DNA of 64,000 nucleotides from an uncultured Alphaproteobacteria bacterium (GTDB lineage Bacteria; Pseudomonadota; Alphaproteobacteria; RF32; CAG-239): NCBI GenBank assembly GCA_944393175.1, contig CALXZH010000010.1, positions 2,733 to 66,732 of the forward strand, read 5' to 3'. Shown piece by piece: positions 59,912 to 64,000 of this stretch (position 1 is its first letter; each line of letters starts with the position of its first letter). The notes under the pieces were generated by a model. It saw only the letters and a program-made list of their open reading frames with translations, ran no database searches and was not told where the DNA came from. The position numbers and the translations under genes were made by a program.

Positions 59912-61447
59912 ATGACACAAAAACCTGTTATGCTACTTATTTTGGACGGTTGGGGTTATCGCCGTCCGGTTACTCCTGATAATGCTATCGAAAATGGCAA
60001 AACTCCTAATTGGCACCAATACTTGGAAGAATATCCGCACAGCTTAATTGAAACTTACGGACTGGCTGTTGGTCTTCCAGAAGGTCAGATGGGTAACTCT
60101 GAAGTCGGTCACATGAATTTGGGTGCCGGCCGTGTCGTTATGCAAGATTTACCGAGAATCGACCAAGCAATTAAAGACGGAAGTATTGCTCAAAATCCGG
60201 TACTCAATGAGTTAATCGATGATTTGCATAAAAATTCTAAAACCTGCCATGTCATGGGGTTGATGTCTCCGGGCGGAGTTCACTCCTCTATGGATCATAT
60301 TGTTGCTTTGTGCAAAGTCTTATCCGAAAAAGGCATTAAGGTTGATGTTCACGCCTTTTTGGACGGACGTGATACGCCTCCGGCTTCTGCTAAAGAATAT
60401 TTGGCTGAATTTGAAAAAGAAATCAGCTCCTTTAAGGGCGTTAAAATTGCCACAATCTCCGGCCGTTTCTACGCTATGGACAGAGATAAACGTTGGGACA
60501 GAGTTGAAGCTGCTTACAACGCAATAGCTTTGGCTGAGGGCAAGCACGCTCAAACCGCTGATGAGGCTATTACAAACTCTTATAACGAAAAAGTTACCGA
60601 TGAATTTGTTTTGCCTTGCGTTATCGGCGACTACAAAGGATTTGAAGACGGTGATGCCGTTTTGATGTGCAACTTCAGAGCCGACAGAGCTCGCGAAATT
60701 CTTTATGCTTTGGCTGACAAAGAATTTAATGGTTTTGAACGCAAAAAAACTATTCAACTTTCTATGGCTGTCGGTATGACCGAATATTCGGTTGACCATA
60801 ACCGTTTTATGAAAACAATGTTTGGTCCGGAAGCGCTCAAAAATATTTTCGGTGAAGTTATTTCCGAACACGGTTTAACCCAACTGCGTATTGCCGAAAC
60901 CGAAAAATATGCTCACGTTACCTTCTTCTTTAACGGCGGTGAAGAAAAAGAATTTAAAGGCGAAAGCCGTATTCTTATCCCGAGCCCGAAAGTTGCAACT
61001 TATGACCTCAAGCCGGAAATGAGTGTTTATGAAGTTACCGATAATTTGGTTGATGCTATCGAAAACAAAAAATTCGACGTCATCATCTGCAACTTTGCAA
61101 ACGGCGATATGGTCGGACATACCGGTAAAATGGATGCCGTTTTGAAAGCCGTGGCCGCAGTTGATGAGTGCTTGGGACGCGTGGTTAAAGCCATTAAAGA
61201 TGTTGACGGTGTTTTGCTCGTTACAGCTGACCATGGCAATGCCGAAAAAATGGTTGATGAAAAAACCGGTGAACCTTACACCGCGCATACGGTCGGAAAA
61301 GTTCAGGCCATTCTCATTAACGGACCAAAAGACATTACCGCAATGCATGATGGTCGTTTGGCAGATATTGCTCCGACTTTGCTCGAATTGCTCGGAATTG
61401 CAAAGCCTGCCGAGATGAACGGAAACTCTTTGTTGATTAAGAAATAA
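59912..61447 (+). CDS. gpmI: 2,3-bisphosphoglycerate-independent phosphoglycerate mutase.
   Basis: MTQKPVMLLILDGWGYR... N-terminus and metal-binding ...DGRDTPP... motifs. 511 aa. Confidence 0.9.
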   Translation: MTQKPVMLLILDGWGYRRPVTPDNAIENGKTPNWHQYLEEYPHSLIETYGLAVGLPEGQMGNSEVGHMNLGAGRVVMQDLPRIDQAIKDGSIAQNPVLNELIDDLHKNSKTCHVMGLMSPGGVHSSMDHIVALCKVLSEKGIKVDVHAFLDGRDTPPASAKEYLAEFEKEISSFKGVKIATISGRFYAMDRDKRWDRVEAAYNAIALAEGKHAQTADEAITNSYNEKVTDEFVLPCVIGDYKGFEDGDAVLMCNFRADRAREILYALADKEFNGFERKKTIQLSMAVGMTEYSVDHNRFMKTMFGPEALKNIFGEVISEHGLTQLRIAETEKYAHVTFFFNGGEEKEFKGESRILIPSPKVATYDLKPEMSVYEVTDNLVDAIENKKFDVIICNFANGDMVGHTGKMDAVLKAVAAVDECLGRVVKAIKDVDGVLLVTADHGNAEKMVDEKTGEPYTAHTVGKVQAILINGPKDITAMHDGRLADIAPTLLELLGIAKPAEMNGNSLLIKK

Positions 61448-61453
61448 AACCTT

Positions 61454-62716
61454 ATGAAACTTTGGCGACTGAATAAACTTATTTTAGCAAGCATAGGAGC
61501 TTTGGCTCTTATGCTTGAGGTTGCCAATGCGCAAAAAGTTTCCTCTAAAGATTTGGAAAAAGTTGAAAAACAAGTCAAAGAGCAAAATCTTGAACACCAA
61601 AGACTACAAGAGCAAGCCTCGCAAATTAACAAAGAGCTGAAACAAGTTAATCAGCAAATGATTAAGTCTGCAAAAATGATTCAAAATCGCGAGGAATCCC
61701 TCTCCAAAATGGAGGCCGAACTTGAGGAATTGACGGCTAACTTACAGAAAGCAGAAGAAACATTTTTGGCGGAAGACGAAAACTTAATCAAGACTTTGTC
61801 AGCACTGCAAAACTTGGCCTTAAAACCTACCGAATCTCTGTTTGTGCAACCGCTTAGTCCGGTGGAGATTATTCGCAGTGCCATGCTGTTGCGCGAAACA
61901 GTGCCTTACTTGGAAGAAAACGCAAATAAAATACGAAAAGATTTGGAAAGCCTGAAAGCTAAGAAAAAGCAAGTTGAAAGACAAGTTTCAAGAATTGTGA
62001 AACAAAAGCAACAGCTCGAAAAAGAACACGAAGAAATGAAAGCTTTGGTGCAGAAAAAATCTAAACTCAGAAATGTGGTTGAAGTTAAAAGCGAAAAAGC
62101 TAAAAAACGCGTGCAAGCCCTTGCCTCGCAAGCTCAAGATTTGCGTGACTTACTCAACAAACTTGAAAAAGAACGTCAGGAAAAACTTCGTCGTCAAGAA
62201 GAAGAGCGCAGACGTTTAGCTGCTCAGGAAGAACAAAGAAGAAAAGAAGCTTTAGAGGCACAAAAACGTGAACAGGTGCAAACTGCTGACTTGATTAAAT
62301 TTAATCCTGAGGTTATAAGTGAAATTGGTGATAATTTTGTGAAAGCAAAAGGCAAACTTTCGCGTCCGGCAAGAGGAAGTATCATAACCGCCTACGGACA
62401 AGAAACTGCTAAAGGCGTCAGCTCTAAAGGTATTATTATCAAGACCAGACCTAAAGCTCAGGTTATTGCTCCGTTTGACGGCTCGGTTTTGTTTGCCGGT
62501 CCTTTCAGAGGATACGGAAACCTCATTATTATTGAACACGGCAAAGGCTATACTTCGCTCTTGGCCGGCTTGGATTCAATAGACTGTGACGTCGGACAAA
62601 TGCTTTTGGCCGGAGAACCTATCGGTTTGATGCCTGAAGACGACGATGCCAAACTCTATATGGAACTCAGAAACAAAAATCACCCGATTAACCCGATATC
62701 GTGGTTTGCTAATTAA
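61454..62716 (+). CDS. envC: Murein hydrolase activator EnvC-like protein (coiled-coil plus C-terminal LytM/M23 domain).
   Basis: Signal peptide, long coiled-coil, C-terminal M23-like fold (...GIIIKTRPKAQVIAPFDGSVLFAG...GNLIIIEHGKGYTSLLAGL...). Conserved gpmI-envC-ctpA context. Confidence 0.7.
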   Translation: MKLWRLNKLILASIGALALMLEVANAQKVSSKDLEKVEKQVKEQNLEHQRLQEQASQINKELKQVNQQMIKSAKMIQNREESLSKMEAELEELTANLQKAEETFLAEDENLIKTLSALQNLALKPTESLFVQPLSPVEIIRSAMLLRETVPYLEENANKIRKDLESLKAKKKQVERQVSRIVKQKQQLEKEHEEMKALVQKKSKLRNVVEVKSEKAKKRVQALASQAQDLRDLLNKLEKERQEKLRRQEEERRRLAAQEEQRRKEALEAQKREQVQTADLIKFNPEVISEIGDNFVKAKGKLSRPARGSIITAYGQETAKGVSSKGIIIKTRPKAQVIAPFDGSVLFAGPFRGYGNLIIIEHGKGYTSLLAGLDSIDCDVGQMLLAGEPIGLMPEDDDAKLYMELRNKNHPINPISWFAN

Positions 62717-62727
62717 AGGATTGTGTT

Positions 62728-64000
62728 ATGCGGAATAAAATTACTTTTGCTGTATTGTTAATGTTAGGTTTTATGTGCACGGCTCCAATGGCTGATGCCG
62801 CTAAAAAGACTAAAGAAAAAGTTGACAACGTTGATACCTATGAAATGCTCAATCTGTTTGGCGAAGTTATGGAAAGAGCTAAAGTTTCATATGTTGAAGA
62901 AGTTTCTGATAAAAAGTTGATTGAATCCGCTATTAACGGTATGCTCTCTTCCCTTGACCCGCATTCAAGTTTTTTGGATAAACAAAGCTTTAAGTATATG
63001 AGCGAACAGACTCAAGGAAAATTCGGCGGTTTGGGTATTGAGGTTACCATGGAAGGCGGCTTGGTAAAAGTCGTTTCGCCGATTGATGATACTCCTGCCT
63101 CTAAGGCTGGTATTAAACCCGGTGACTATATCACAAATATTGATGACGAAGCCGTTATGGGTATGACGCTTAATGATGCCGTTGATAAAATGCGCGGTAA
63201 AGTCGGCACTAAAGTTAAACTCACTATCCGCAGAATTAACGAAAAACCTTTGGAAGTTACTCTTAAACGCGAAGAAATTAAAATTCAATCGGTCAAAAAC
63301 GATATAAAAGCTGATGACGTGGTTTATATTCGTATTTCATCTTTTAGCGATGATGTTGATAAAATGACCGAAAAAGCCGTTAAAGATGCTCAAAAAAAAT
63401 TAGGCAAAAAACTCAAAGGTATTGTGATTGATGTCAGAAACAACCCGGGTGGTTTGCTTGACCAAGCCGTTAACGTTTCTGATTTGTTCCTAGACAAGGG
63501 AGAAATCGTTTCTACCCGCTCCAGAAACGAAGAAGATACCGTAAAATATAGCGCTAAAAAAGGCGATATTGCTCAAGGTTTGCCGATTGTGGTTTTGATT
63601 AATGACGGGTCGGCTTCAGCCTCCGAAATTGTTGCCGGTGCTTTGCAAGACCATAAACGCGCCATCATTTTGGGCGAAAAATCTTTCGGCAAAGGATCGG
63701 TGCAAACCGTTATTCCGCTCGGCGATTATGGTGCCATGCGCTTGACCACCGCCAGATATTACACTCCTTCGGGTCGCTCTATTCAGGCAAAAGGGATTGA
63801 GCCGGATATAGAAGTTAAACCGGCAAAAGTTGAAGTTATTGATACAGGCGCTGCCTTCAGTGAAGCTGAATTCAGTAACGCTTTGAAAAATGAAAATGAT
63901 ACTAAAAAATCTGATAAAGATGTTGAAAAACAAAAGAAAGAAGCTGAGGAATTGGCTAAAGATTATCAACTTTCTCGAGCCATAGACTTGGTAAAAGCTT
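62728..64000 (+). CDS. ctpA: Carboxyl-terminal processing protease (S41 family), 5' portion. The ORF continues past the window end.
   Basis: ATG at 62728 after AAAGGA. Signal peptide, PDZ region (GLGIEV...GDYITNIDDE), S41 catalytic region (GLPIVVLINDGSASASEIVAGALQD...GKGSVQT). No stop before 64000, so it is absent from the ORF track. Confidence 0.8.
   Translation, partial: MRNKITFAVLLMLGFMCTAPMADAAKKTKEKVDNVDTYEMLNLFGEVMERAKVSYVEEVSDKKLIESAINGMLSSLDPHSSFLDKQSFKYMSEQTQGKFGGLGIEVTMEGGLVKVVSPIDDTPASKAGIKPGDYITNIDDEAVMGMTLNDAVDKMRGKVGTKVKLTIRRINEKPLEVTLKREEIKIQSVKNDIKADDVVYIRISSFSDDVDKMTEKAVKDAQKKLGKKLKGIVIDVRNNPGGLLDQAVNVSDLFLDKGEIVSTRSRNEEDTVKYSAKKGDIAQGLPIVVLINDGSASASEIVAGALQDHKRAIILGEKSFGKGSVQTVIPLGDYGAMRLTTARYYTPSGRSIQAKGIEPDIEVKPAKVEVIDTGAAFSEAEFSNALKNENDTKKSDKDVEKQKKEAEELAKDYQLSRAIDLVKA

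Overview
This 64 kb window is an AT-rich chromosomal segment, roughly 35-40% GC by eye. Its gene content looks like a low-GC alphaproteobacterium, probably Rhizobiales-like, but the organism is not identified. Recognisable housekeeping genes: parE, rpsB-tsf, dnaK, dnaJ, tsaB, mutM, rpsT, dnaA-dnaN-recF, a PTS EIIA(Man)/HPr pair next to a CcrM-like adenine methyltransferase, lolA, xthA, a porin, gyrB, polA, a class A PBP, and gpmI-envC-ctpA (ctpA runs off the 3' end of the window). There are three tRNA genes (two tRNA-Ala and one tRNA-Arg). Each is followed by tandem duplications of its own 3' end plus the downstream terminator region. Lineage-specific genes are interspersed. dnaK and dnaJ are split and divergent, separated by a 5.7 kb insert that carries a 955-aa proline-repeat protein. 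A two-gene operon encodes a 634-aa unknown protein and an archaemetzincin-like metalloprotease with an Arg-rich C-terminal tail. Two tandem tiny ORFs encode low-complexity polar peptides. There are several secreted Cys-rich or membrane proteins of unknown function. Two promoter-to-terminator regions of about 200-250 nt look like structured RNAs, one of them immediately upstream of a lipoprotein gene. I found no CRISPR array, integrase, transposase or phage genes. All calls rest on reading motifs by eye, with no database search.
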